64,000 nucleotides of DNA from Candidatus Fiminaster equi (GTDB lineage: Bacteria; Bacillota_I; Bacilli_A; RFN20; CAG-826): contig JAGHUR010000011.1 in the NCBI GenBank assembly GCA_018064745.1, positions 6,137-70,136 on the forward strand, given 5' to 3'. Below, in pieces: positions 47,439-56,386 of this stretch. The notes beneath the pieces were generated by a model, which was not told where the DNA came from, made no database searches, and worked only from the letters and a program-made list of their open reading frames with translations. Position numbers and translations under genes: made by a program. Within the stretch, counting starts at the first letter, position 1; every line of letters begins with the position of its first letter.

Positions 47439-48324
47439 GGAAGTACAAGAAGCTATTAAAAACCACAAACCTGTGGTAGCTCTAGAATCGACAATCATAT
47501 CACACGGTATGCCTTATCCTAAGAATGTTAAGACCGCATTAGAGGTTGAAGCAGTTATTAGAGAACATGGTGTTATACCTGCAACGATTGGCATCATTGA
47601 TGGTGAACCAGTCGTTGGTATGAGCCCAGAACAAATTGAAGAGTTTGGCAAAAGAGAAGGCATTACAAAAGTTTCTAGAAGAGACCTTCCGGTTGTTTTT
47701 GCAAAGAAACAATGGGGTGCCACAACAGTAGCTGCTACGATGATTATTGCAGCCCGTGCAGGTATTGAAATATTCGTAACGGGTGGGGTCGGAGGCGCTC
47801 ATAGAGGCGCTCAAGAGAACTTCGATATCTCTGCTGATCTTGAAGAATTAGGTAAAACAAATGTTACAGTTGTATCAGCTGGTGTTAAAGCAATTCTTGA
47901 TTTGCCACTTACTCTTGAAATCTTAGAAACAAAGGGCGTTCCTGTTTTAACTTATGGTACAGACGAATTCCCAGAGTTCTACACAAGAAGTTCTGGCATT
48001 AAAGTTGAGACTGTTGTCAATTCACCTCTTGAAGTTGCAAGTATCATTAAATGCAAACGTGATAACCAATTTGATGGTGGTGTGTTAGTTGCTAATCCAA
48101 TTCCAGAACAATACGCAATGGATAGAAAAGCAGTAGACTTTGCTATCAATAAAGCACTTAAGAGAGCTAAGAAAGATGGCATCACGGGTAAAAACATTAC
48201 CCCATATCTATTAAAAACAATTGTTGAGATTACAGGTGGTTTATCACTTGAAGCAAATATTCATCTTGTTAAAAATAATGCTGCGTTAGGAGCAGAGATT
48301 GCGAAAGAACTTTGTAACTTATGA
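47425..48324 (+). CDS. psuG: pseudouridine-5'-phosphate glycosidase
   Basis: ALESTIISHGMPYPKN and VTGGVGGAHRG. Start at MIISKE (ATG at 47425, AGAGGA SD) overlaps the ATPase 3' end by 14 nt. The track start at 47338 lies inside the ATPase gene. Confidence 0.9.
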   Translation: MIISKEVQEAIKNHKPVVALESTIISHGMPYPKNVKTALEVEAVIREHGVIPATIGIIDGEPVVGMSPEQIEEFGKREGITKVSRRDLPVVFAKKQWGATTVAATMIIAARAGIEIFVTGGVGGAHRGAQENFDISADLEELGKTNVTVVSAGVKAILDLPLTLEILETKGVPVLTYGTDEFPEFYTRSSGIKVETVVNSPLEVASIIKCKRDNQFDGGVLVANPIPEQYAMDRKAVDFAINKALKRAKKDGITGKNITPYLLKTIVEITGGLSLEANIHLVKNNAALGAEIAKELCNL

Positions 48325-48842
48325 AAATTGAGCAAGTATTCCAAGAAGGATTAAAGACTCTACTTAAAGAAAAACCTCTTGAAGATATTAATGTTATAGC
48401 ACTTTGTGAGCTCGTTCATTCGAACCGTCAGACGTTCTATTACCACTTTAGAGATATTTCGGATGTAGTAGATGCAACCTTTCTAAAAGCCAAAGTTGGC
48501 TATGGAAAGAAGTTTTTGGATTACGAATCAATTATTAAAGAAATGATTAGTTACATCACATCCAATATTCAGTATATCAATGCAATTAATAAATCATATG
48601 CATCTGATAAACTCTATTCATTTATGTTCTCGTATTTCTATACAAAGGTAGGCACGTTATTAAAGAATCACAATGTTGCTGGAGTTGAAATTACGCGATA
48701 CATATCGGTACTAAGTGCCAATGAGATTGAATTTTGGATCTCAAATAAAAGAAAAGAAAAAGCTGCATCGCTTATTAAAAGATTAACTACTATTTGGTTC
48801 TACTTAGTTAATCAATACCAATCTGATTTAAGCAGAAGATAG
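48321..48842 (+). CDS. TetR/DhaS-like transcriptional regulator (degenerate)
   Basis: N-terminal INVIALCELVHSNRQTFYYHFRDI resembles the TetR HTH (...FYYHF). ATGA overlap with psuG. Confidence 0.6.
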   Translation: MKIEQVFQEGLKTLLKEKPLEDINVIALCELVHSNRQTFYYHFRDISDVVDATFLKAKVGYGKKFLDYESIIKEMISYITSNIQYINAINKSYASDKLYSFMFSYFYTKVGTLLKNHNVAGVEITRYISVLSANEIEFWISNKRKEKAASLIKRLTTIWFYLVNQYQSDLSRR

Positions 48843-48850
48843 GAGTCGTT

Positions 48851-49987
48851 ATGAGAAAAGAAGAAGTTGCTAGTTTAATTGTTTATTTATTAATGATAGC
48901 CCTAGCCGTTATCGTTGGTTTATCAGTTGTCACAAATACAATGAGTGTTTGTAGACCAGATACAATAAATCCATTCTTATTTGTTATCATTGTTATCATT
49001 GTGGGTTTATTATTTAACATCATCATGCTTGAAGTCTTACATGCTATTGGCGGTAAACTTGGTGGATATAAGATTGCATCAATTAACATTCTTGGCTTCT
49101 GTTTTGAGAAAAGAGAAGGCAAGTGGAAATTCAAATTTAAAGACTTTGATGGACTAACGGGTGAAACTAAACTCGCTCCAAAGAAAGAAAAATTAAGTAT
49201 GAAACCATTTGTGTGGTTACCATTATTTGGTTATGCTGCAGAACTTGCTGGATGTATTGTTTTGCACTCACACATGATGAGTGATTCCGCAAGTAATGTG
49301 CGTTGGTTAGGTGTGTGCGCAATCTTATTTATTGTTTTATCATCAATGCTTGCTTTATATAATTTAGTTCCTATTAAATTAGACACAATGACTGATGGTT
49401 ATAAATTAGTTTTGATTTCTAAACCTGCAAATATTGAAGCATATAACGAAATGCTTAGAGCAGAAGATTTAGAAAGAAACGGACAACCAGTTCCAGAAAT
49501 GAAAATCTTTGAAGAGATTACAGAATTCACAGCAAGTATTAACTTATTTAGCGTATATCGACATTTAGAAAATAATGAATTAGATGAAGCAAAAAAAATC
49601 CTTGATATAACGCTCAAAGACCCTAAAAAACTCGAACCGTCTACATACTACCGTCTAATTTCTCAAAAACTTTACATCGTTATTTTGACCAAAGATAATG
49701 AAGATGCTAAAAAGGTATACGACGAGATTGCGGATGATAAAATTAGAAGATTTATTGCTAATGATGCATCTATGGAATCGATACGTGCATATCTATTAAT
49801 CTCGGGCATTCTAGAAAAGTCTCAAGCCGAAGTAAAATATGCAATAAATCGTAAAGGGAAGGCACTAAAACGCACAAACAAGCAAAAAGCAATGATTGAA
49901 GAGAAGCTTTATGATATTGCTCTTAATAAAGTGTATGAAGCCCATCCTAAATGGAAAGAAGAGGAAAAAGAAAACATCGCCGCATAA
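48851..49987 (+). CDS. membrane protein with a site-2-protease (M50)-like core carrying LExxH instead of HExxH, plus a helical-repeat C-terminal domain
   Basis: MLEVLHAIGGKLGGYK...ILGF aligns to the S2P HExxHxxxAxxxG...GFG segment, with the first His replaced by Leu. The second motif YNLVPIKLDTMTDG resembles NxxPxxxLDG. The C-terminal ~190 aa are alpha-helical and TPR-like. Confidence 0.45.
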   Translation: MRKEEVASLIVYLLMIALAVIVGLSVVTNTMSVCRPDTINPFLFVIIVIIVGLLFNIIMLEVLHAIGGKLGGYKIASINILGFCFEKREGKWKFKFKDFDGLTGETKLAPKKEKLSMKPFVWLPLFGYAAELAGCIVLHSHMMSDSASNVRWLGVCAILFIVLSSMLALYNLVPIKLDTMTDGYKLVLISKPANIEAYNEMLRAEDLERNGQPVPEMKIFEEITEFTASINLFSVYRHLENNELDEAKKILDITLKDPKKLEPSTYYRLISQKLYIVILTKDNEDAKKVYDEIADDKIRRFIANDASMESIRAYLLISGILEKSQAEVKYAINRKGKALKRTNKQKAMIEEKLYDIALNKVYEAHPKWKEEEKENIAA

Positions 49988-50014
49988 CGACGATGTTTTT
50001 TTGTTAAATAATAT

Positions 50015-50344
50015 TTAGTCTTTTTCTTCGTAACGAGAATTGTCTTCTCTTGGAAAATCCTCAAGAACTTCTGATTCAACTGCTTTGTTCTTTTTATGAA
50101 CTGCGCATAAATGTTCTCCCTCTTTCATATTTTCTTTAGAAAGAGATGAACTTTTCGACATAAAATCGTTAGCGTCTAGTTCCAATTCGCAACAAAGGAA
50201 GAATAAGTGTTTTGATTCAGGTTCAATAGAACCATCTTTCCATTTTTTGAATAATCCGTATTTTATACGGAAGCGCGAACAAAAAGCACGATCGTTGAGA
50301 TTGTATGATTTTTGAAGAAATAATACTTTCTCAATTGGTTTCAT
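50015..50344 (-). CDS. small XRE-like helix-turn-helix protein
   Basis: 109 aa. LNDRAFCSRFRIKYGLFKKWKDGSIEP fits the HTH_XRE pattern (...W..G...P). The start overlaps the mscL stop (TAATG). Confidence 0.45.
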   Translation of the reverse strand: MKPIEKVLFLQKSYNLNDRAFCSRFRIKYGLFKKWKDGSIEPESKHLFFLCCELELDANDFMSKSSSLSKENMKEGEHLCAVHKKNKAVESEVLEDFPREDNSRYEEKD

Positions 50345-50958
50345 TATTTAGCTTTCTTTTCTTTTAAAAGATCACGAATTTCAGTAAGAAGTTCTGCTTC
50401 AGTTGGTGCTGGTGCAGCTGGTGCTTCGACTACTGGTCTATCTTCTGGGTGTTTCTTGTAGTGTTCTTCAAGTGCTCTAGCTTTTGCTACTTCTCTTGCA
50501 TTCTTTAATGTTGCAACAGTTTTAATAATAACGAAGAGAACAAGTGCAATGATAATGAAGGAAATTACTGCATTGATAATTGAACCCCAGTCAATAATTG
50601 CGCATCCTTTGTAGTAGTAGCTACCACCATGTTGGACATACATACCGGCTTGGGTTGGTGTCCAGCCTTCACTTGCTTCCAAGAATTCTGCAACTTTATA
50701 GGAAACTTTATATCCCTCAGGTGGGATTTGCCCTTCGGACACTGCTGGAAGAACTGTAACTAATCCAGCTAAGCCTCCTGGTACTGGCCACATACAGATG
50801 CTTAATAAGACATTGACGACTGCTGTAACAATAGCACCGAAAGCGCCACCAACGACAACGCCGACTGCCATATCAAGGACATTACCACGTGAAATAAATG
50901 CTTTGAATTCAGCCCAAACGCCTTTGCCTTTGGCTCTTAATTTCTTTTCTTTTGCCAT
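50344..50958 (-). CDS. mscL: large-conductance mechanosensitive channel with an enlarged extracytoplasmic loop
   Basis: FKAFISRGNVLDMAVGVVVGGAFG (TM1) and the C-terminal APAPTEAELLTEIRDLLKEK, near-identical in pattern to E. coli MscL. Total 204 aa versus ~130-150 typical. Confidence 0.9.
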   Translation of the reverse strand: MAKEKKLRAKGKGVWAEFKAFISRGNVLDMAVGVVVGGAFGAIVTAVVNVLLSICMWPVPGGLAGLVTVLPAVSEGQIPPEGYKVSYKVAEFLEASEGWTPTQAGMYVQHGGSYYYKGCAIIDWGSIINAVISFIIIALVLFVIIKTVATLKNAREVAKARALEEHYKKHPEDRPVVEAPAAPAPTEAELLTEIRDLLKEKKAK

Positions 50959-51044
50959 TTAAATAGCCTCCAATTAAAATTGATTATAAATCAGTTTTAT
51001 TTCCTTTTCTACTAATTTTGATATAATAGAGCACAGGTTTATTT

Positions 51045-51896
51045 ATGAATAAAGTACAAATTATATGTGATTCTACAATAGATATCACGCAAGAATTATG
51101 CCAAAAATATGGCATTGATGTAATTCCATTACACGTCAGCTTTGGTGATGAAGACTATTTAGATGGTCAAAACATTACACTTGAGCAATTATACGCAAAA
51201 GTTAAAGAATATGGAGAACTTCCACATACTGCTGCGGTTTCTTCTGCAATCTTCGAAGAAGAATTCAAGAAATTTATCGACAAAGGTATGGATGTCGTTT
51301 ATGTTGGCATTGGAAGTACACTTTCAAGTGCATTCCAAAGTGCATATATTGCAAAGCAATCATTTCCAGATGATAGAGTAGCGTTGATTGACTCTAAAAA
51401 CCTTTCAACAGCATCTGCAATTTTAGCAATTAAAGCTGCTAAATTACGCGATGAAGGTAAATCAGCAGTAGAAATAGCTGAAGAAGTTCAAAAACTTGTT
51501 CCAAATGTTGTTGGTCAATTTTCAATTGAACAATTTGAATATTTACATAAAGGCGGAAGATGTTCCGGTGCTGCAAAAGTTGTTGGCACATTATTACATA
51601 TTCGTCCTTTCTTAAGAGTTATTGATGGAAAACTTCTTGTTTACAAGAAACCGCGTGGTCCAATGAAAGTTGCAATTAATGAACAAATTAATGGAATGAA
51701 AGAAGATGCTCCAAACATTGATGAAACAGTGGTATTCATTACACATACAGGTATGGCACCTGGAATGGTTGAATGGGTTCAAGAAGAAGTTGGTAAAATT
51801 GTTGATCCTAAATCAATTGTTGTAACAACAGCCGGGGCTGTTATTGGTTCACATTGTGGCCCAGGAACATTAGGAATCATTTATTTAAAAAAATAA
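51045..51896 (+). CDS. degV: DegV-family fatty-acid-binding protein
   Basis: IICDSTIDI..., SSAFQSA and EYLHKGGR motifs. 283 aa. Confidence 0.9.
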   Translation: MNKVQIICDSTIDITQELCQKYGIDVIPLHVSFGDEDYLDGQNITLEQLYAKVKEYGELPHTAAVSSAIFEEEFKKFIDKGMDVVYVGIGSTLSSAFQSAYIAKQSFPDDRVALIDSKNLSTASAILAIKAAKLRDEGKSAVEIAEEVQKLVPNVVGQFSIEQFEYLHKGGRCSGAAKVVGTLLHIRPFLRVIDGKLLVYKKPRGPMKVAINEQINGMKEDAPNIDETVVFITHTGMAPGMVEWVQEEVGKIVDPKSIVVTTAGAVIGSHCGPGTLGIIYLKK

Positions 51897-51898
51897 AA

Positions 51899-51933
51899 AT
51901 AAAAAACATCAGGTTTGAAATCTGATGTTTTTA
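51899..51933. terminator. bidirectional terminator between degV and the 391-aa membrane protein gene
   Basis: aacatcag-(9 nt)-ctgatgtt stem flanked by an A-run and a T-run. Confidence 0.8.
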
Positions 51934-51948
51934 TTAATAAATTAATAA

Positions 51949-53124
51949 TTAAGCGCGTTTTTCCTTTTTGTAATTCTTTTTCACACGGTGTGCAAGTATC
52001 GTGTACACGATTGTAAATGGAATTAATGCTAAGTAAAGAATTGATGGAATGAATGAAGAAGTTGTAACATTCAATGTCAAACTACTTAGGACAGATTTGA
52101 ATTCTTCCATAGGAAGGACTCCTGCAATTTGTGGAAGGAATTTACTTGTTGCAATTGTTAATGTAATTCCTAATAAAAGTTGTATTGAAGCAAAAACGAA
52201 TACATACCAGGATTTGACCCAACATTTTTTACGTCTAATTATTCTAATGATAGAAACAATTGCAAGTACAGCCCATGGTGCAACAAATGCCATTAATGCG
52301 ATGAAATAATACAAGCTGTATTCTGAGAAGGAAGATGCAAACCCATCAAGAGTCTCATTTAATTTTCCTTGAAGTGTATCTCTTATCTTTTGTTTAAGGT
52401 TAACAATTTTACCGTCAGCATCACAGAATTCATTTTCAATGAATTTGTTTTTCATTTCAATTCTAACACTTTCGGTCATTTCATTGCCAATTTTTGTTGT
52501 ATCAGCGAACTCTTCAACGTGAGCTTGGTTTGCTAATCTACTTGCAACATCTTTCATTCTGTCTGTAACAACTTCATCCATAACCTTGTCGATAGTAGGA
52601 TCTTCTTCTGTAGCTTTTTTATAAACATCTTCTGCAAATGTACTGAAATATTCTTCGTTAAGTCCGGCATCGCTCATAGCTTTATCGCGATCTGTTGTAG
52701 GGCTTAATTCAACAATTTTATTTTCGACAGACTCTCTAATAATTTTCTTAGCAACATTAGTTGCTGTTTTGTGAACAACATCTTCTAAGATTGGTGTTAT
52801 GTCATTCATTACATTTGTTTTTGCCTCTTCGAGAGGTTCTGTAATGCTGTTTTTTAAACCCTCTTTATCTGTGAATTTTAAAACATATTTAGCTTCGACT
52901 GTTGCTTTAACCTTAATATCAACGGTTTTGTCTTTGACAATTTCATCAACTTCATCACCAGTAATATCTTTTCCGGCAGCATCTTTAACCATTGATGATA
53001 ATTGATCTGATTGGATTTTATATCCTCCATCAATATCGATATATGGTTTTGTAAAGAAGCAAGTAATTGCTACCGCTGCAATTACTAAATAGACGAGATT
53101 TAAAATCTTAATCACAACTTTCAT
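51949..53124 (-). CDS. hypothetical membrane protein (N-terminal TM, ~250-aa charged helical ectodomain, four C-terminal TM helices)
   Basis: The ORF is intact and hydrophobic segments are obvious. No recognisable family. Lies downstream of pmbA on the same strand. Confidence 0.55.
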   Translation of the reverse strand: MKVVIKILNLVYLVIAAVAITCFFTKPYIDIDGGYKIQSDQLSSMVKDAAGKDITGDEVDEIVKDKTVDIKVKATVEAKYVLKFTDKEGLKNSITEPLEEAKTNVMNDITPILEDVVHKTATNVAKKIIRESVENKIVELSPTTDRDKAMSDAGLNEEYFSTFAEDVYKKATEEDPTIDKVMDEVVTDRMKDVASRLANQAHVEEFADTTKIGNEMTESVRIEMKNKFIENEFCDADGKIVNLKQKIRDTLQGKLNETLDGFASSFSEYSLYYFIALMAFVAPWAVLAIVSIIRIIRRKKCWVKSWYVFVFASIQLLLGITLTIATSKFLPQIAGVLPMEEFKSVLSSLTLNVTTSSFIPSILYLALIPFTIVYTILAHRVKKNYKKEKRA

Positions 53125-53174
53125 ATTTAAAACTCCTTATGCAAAATTTTATATTCTAAATTAAATTTTGTCTA

Positions 53175-54506
53175 TTATTTTCCGCTGATAGACATCTTAC
53201 TTATATAAATATATGGACATTCAGTGGTGGTTCTGATGACTAATTCAGTTTCCTTTGATAACCCTTTAATGTTGGAGAACATATTTACTAAATTATCAGC
53301 AACAGTGATAAGGGCAACTGGCTCTGCAATTTTGCCATCTCTAATCATAAATCCACCGCACGGAAGAGAGAAGTTTCCTGATTGAGAATTCATTCCTGAA
53401 TGTAAGCCTTGGAGTTCAGTAATAAGCACGCCTTCTTTTATTTCAGAAAAGAGCTCATTTTTTGATTTTCGTCCAGGTTTTACCGCTAAAAATGCAGTAT
53501 CTGCTGATGCTTTTGATCCAGCACGGTAACCATTTCCTGTTGGTTCAACACCAGCGATTTGAGCTGTTTGAAGAGTGTATAAGTAGGTTTTTAAAACACC
53601 ATTTTTGATGATTGCTTTTTTGTTAGTAGCAACACCTTCATCATCAAAATATCTAAAGAACAAATTCTTTCTTAATGGATCTTCAATAACTGTTAATTTT
53701 TTGCTTGCAATTTGTTGATTTAGTTTTCCTTCGAATAAAGAAGTGTGTTTTTGAACCTCTTCTGCATCAACAGAGCTCAATAAATGACGTAAAAGAGTTG
53801 ATGCACACTCTGGAGTGAGTACAACAGGGTACTTTTTCGATGGACATTGTATTGAACCAAGTTTGTCTAAGGCATCTTTTGCACATTCTTCAACAAATTT
53901 GTCAACATTGAACTCATTTGGATCAATGGAAGCAAAAATTTTGAAACCCGTTCTTACCTCATCGCCTTGCTTTGCTGTGATCTCTGCGAAGTATGAGTAA
54001 TCTGCAATTTTACTATTTAACTTTAAACCATATGAATTTGATAATTTTTCTTCGCTTAAACTTTCTTCATAACCAACTGTTACAACTTCATTAATACGTT
54101 TATCATAATTCTTTAATTTTCTTTCAATTTCAAGCAAAATACCCACTTTTTCCTGGATATTTCCGCTTAAAACGTTTTTGTTGAAGACAGATTTTTTATG
54201 ATATTTTTCGCTACCTTTAAAGATGATACTTGGGTCATCATTTTCGATTACTCCAGCGGTTCTTTTTATGCTATTAATTAAGAAGTTTGGAGCGTCTTTA
54301 TCAATAGCTTCTGTAGTGGCTGAACCAAACTTTCCATTGATAATTCCGCGGGCAGTAATTGTATGGGTATCATGTTCAGTCATTGAATCAACTTCGCCAT
54401 GGAAAATTGAGGTAGAAAGTGAGTAATTTCTCTTCAAATAAAGATCAGCTGATTCAAATTTATTTTCTTTTGCTAATTCAAAGAATTTTTGTTCATTTAA
54501 TTTCAT
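53175..54506 (-). CDS. pmbA: PmbA/TldE metalloprotease partner
   Basis: 443 aa of the PmbA_TldD family lacking HExxxH. ATGA overlap with tldD. Confidence 0.85.
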   Translation of the reverse strand: MKLNEQKFFELAKENKFESADLYLKRNYSLSTSIFHGEVDSMTEHDTHTITARGIINGKFGSATTEAIDKDAPNFLINSIKRTAGVIENDDPSIIFKGSEKYHKKSVFNKNVLSGNIQEKVGILLEIERKLKNYDKRINEVVTVGYEESLSEEKLSNSYGLKLNSKIADYSYFAEITAKQGDEVRTGFKIFASIDPNEFNVDKFVEECAKDALDKLGSIQCPSKKYPVVLTPECASTLLRHLLSSVDAEEVQKHTSLFEGKLNQQIASKKLTVIEDPLRKNLFFRYFDDEGVATNKKAIIKNGVLKTYLYTLQTAQIAGVEPTGNGYRAGSKASADTAFLAVKPGRKSKNELFSEIKEGVLITELQGLHSGMNSQSGNFSLPCGGFMIRDGKIAEPVALITVADNLVNMFSNIKGLSKETELVIRTTTECPYIYISKMSISGK

Positions 54507-55900
54507 TTGATTTCTCCTCCATTTCCGCCAACTGTCATTTCACTGACTCTAATTGTTGGTTGGCCAACATCAACTGGACAATAGCCAGATGCAGCACCGC
54601 ACATTCCTTGTGCTCTTGCTAAGTCGTTTCCAACCATATCAATTTTCATTAAGACGTCTTGACCTGTTCCAATAATGGATGCACCTCTAACTGGTTCGCA
54701 AATTTTGCCATCTCTTACTATGTAAGCAACTGAACATCCAAAGTTAAATTCGCCAGTAACAGGATTAACAGATCCACCAGCTAATGATTGTGCGTATAAA
54801 CCGAATTTTGTAGCTTTAATAATTTCTTCAGGAGTGGACTTTCCATTACAAATAAATGTATTGGACATTCTAGAAGTAGGTTCAAAACGGTAAGATTGTC
54901 TTCGACAAGCTCCATTTCCTGTTAATCCCATTCTTCTTCCATTGAAATCATCAATCAAATAGTTTTTTAAAATACCATTTTCAATCAATAAAGTTTTTTG
55001 GGTTGGATTTCCTTCATCATCAACATTGTTTGAACCCCAACCATTTGGGATTGTTCCATCGTCGATGGCTGAAACGACAGGAGAAGCAATTTGTTGACCA
55101 ATCTTGTTTGCAAAAACTGATAAACCCTTACTAACTGCACTTGCTTCAAGTGGGTGCCCACAAGCTTCATGGAACAAAGTTCCACCAAAGCCATTTCCAA
55201 TAATAACTGGCATTTTTCCACTTGGGCATTCTTTTGCTTCAAGCATCATGATTGCGTTGTGTGCAACTCTATTTGCAACTTCTTTAATATCTACATTTTT
55301 TAAGAAAAATTCAAAACCAGCAGAAGCGCCCGGTCCTTCAAAACCAGTTTCAATTTTTCCGCCCTCTGCTGCAACGCATGAGAGCGCGCATCTTCCGCGT
55401 TCTTTTTCATCTAAAATAATAAACCCTTTTGAGTTGATAATTTGAATGTTTGAATGTTGGTGAGAAAGTGATGCATTTGTTCTGACAATTCTTTTGTCAA
55501 ATCTGCTTAAAATTTCTTCACCAGATTTTAAATAATTTATGACTTCTTGGTCGCTAACTGTATCGAAAGGAATTTCTGATTTTGATAGGGTTTTTGCGGT
55601 CTTTTTTGTCAAATTATCCAAGAAAACGCATTGTTTTTCATGGAACGACTTGGACAATGATTCAATTAATTTTGTGATGGATTTTTCGTTAACTTCATTA
55701 GTGAATCCATAAACACTTTGATAGCCTTTTAAAAGTCTAACTCCAGCACCAAAAGTACGGTTGATTGAAGAGGTCTCAACTTTGCCATTTTCGATGACAA
55801 TATTTTGGGATGTTTTGTCTTCAATAAAAATCTCTGCATAATCAGCACCAGTGAGTAAGCCTTTTTGAAGTATTCTTAAACCTTGAGCTTTGTTTAACAT
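54503..55900 (-). CDS. tldD: TldD zinc metalloprotease
   Basis: 465 aa with the HEACGHPLE (HExxxH) motif and a C-terminal GxC...glycine-rich region. Confidence 0.9.
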   Translation of the reverse strand: MLNKAQGLRILQKGLLTGADYAEIFIEDKTSQNIVIENGKVETSSINRTFGAGVRLLKGYQSVYGFTNEVNEKSITKLIESLSKSFHEKQCVFLDNLTKKTAKTLSKSEIPFDTVSDQEVINYLKSGEEILSRFDKRIVRTNASLSHQHSNIQIINSKGFIILDEKERGRCALSCVAAEGGKIETGFEGPGASAGFEFFLKNVDIKEVANRVAHNAIMMLEAKECPSGKMPVIIGNGFGGTLFHEACGHPLEASAVSKGLSVFANKIGQQIASPVVSAIDDGTIPNGWGSNNVDDEGNPTQKTLLIENGILKNYLIDDFNGRRMGLTGNGACRRQSYRFEPTSRMSNTFICNGKSTPEEIIKATKFGLYAQSLAGGSVNPVTGEFNFGCSVAYIVRDGKICEPVRGASIIGTGQDVLMKIDMVGNDLARAQGMCGAASGYCPVDVGQPTIRVSEMTVGGNGGEIK

Positions 55901-56052
55901 ATGAAACTCCTTTTTGTGATTAGTATTATATAGATTTTTTGTGAAGATATAAATAAATTATATTTTTTCTTGCTTTTGCTTTTTAACATGTTAACATTAT
56001 AAGGCACTTTCTTTAGGAGCCACAGAGCCCTAAGGCGGAAGGAGTTAGATTT

Positions 56053-56256
56053 ATGAAAAAGGATATTCACCCAGAAGTTTACGAAGTAGAGGTTACTTGT
56101 GTCTCATGCGGAAGCAAGTTCAAAACACATTCCACACGCAAGGAAATTCACGTTGATACTTGCGCAAATTGCCACCCATTCTATACTGGCAAACAAAGAT
56201 TCGTTTCTACAGATGGCCGTGTTGATCGTTTCAACAAGAAATACGGTTTAAAATAA
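56053..56256 (+). CDS. rpmE: 50S ribosomal protein L31 (zinc-ribbon type A)
   Basis: MKKDIHPE..., with CVSC...[10 protein letters not shown]. Confidence 0.95.
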   Translation: MKKDIHPEVYEVEVTCVSCGSKFKTHSTRKEIHVDTCANCHPFYTGKQRFVSTDGRVDRFNKKYGLK

Positions 56257-56275
56257 GAAACATTGGTAAAAATAT

Positions 56276-56307
56276 AAAACTCGCGGCATGTTCGCGAGTT
56301 TTTTTTA
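56276..56307 (+). terminator. rpmE intrinsic terminator
   Basis: actcgcg-(7 nt)-cgcgagt stem followed by T8. Confidence 0.85.
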
Positions 56308-56386
56308 AAATTTCTATATATTAATTATGTTTCGCTTTATTTTATAAAATAAGGGTTCTATAATATTTACATAGGAAGTGATAAAT

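Noticed and set aside
55901-56052. Possible regulatory leader upstream of rpmE (hairpin ctttagg...cctaagg).
   Set aside because: It is a single short hairpin next to the SD, and I could not match it to a recognised L31 leader family. The evidence is too weak to call.
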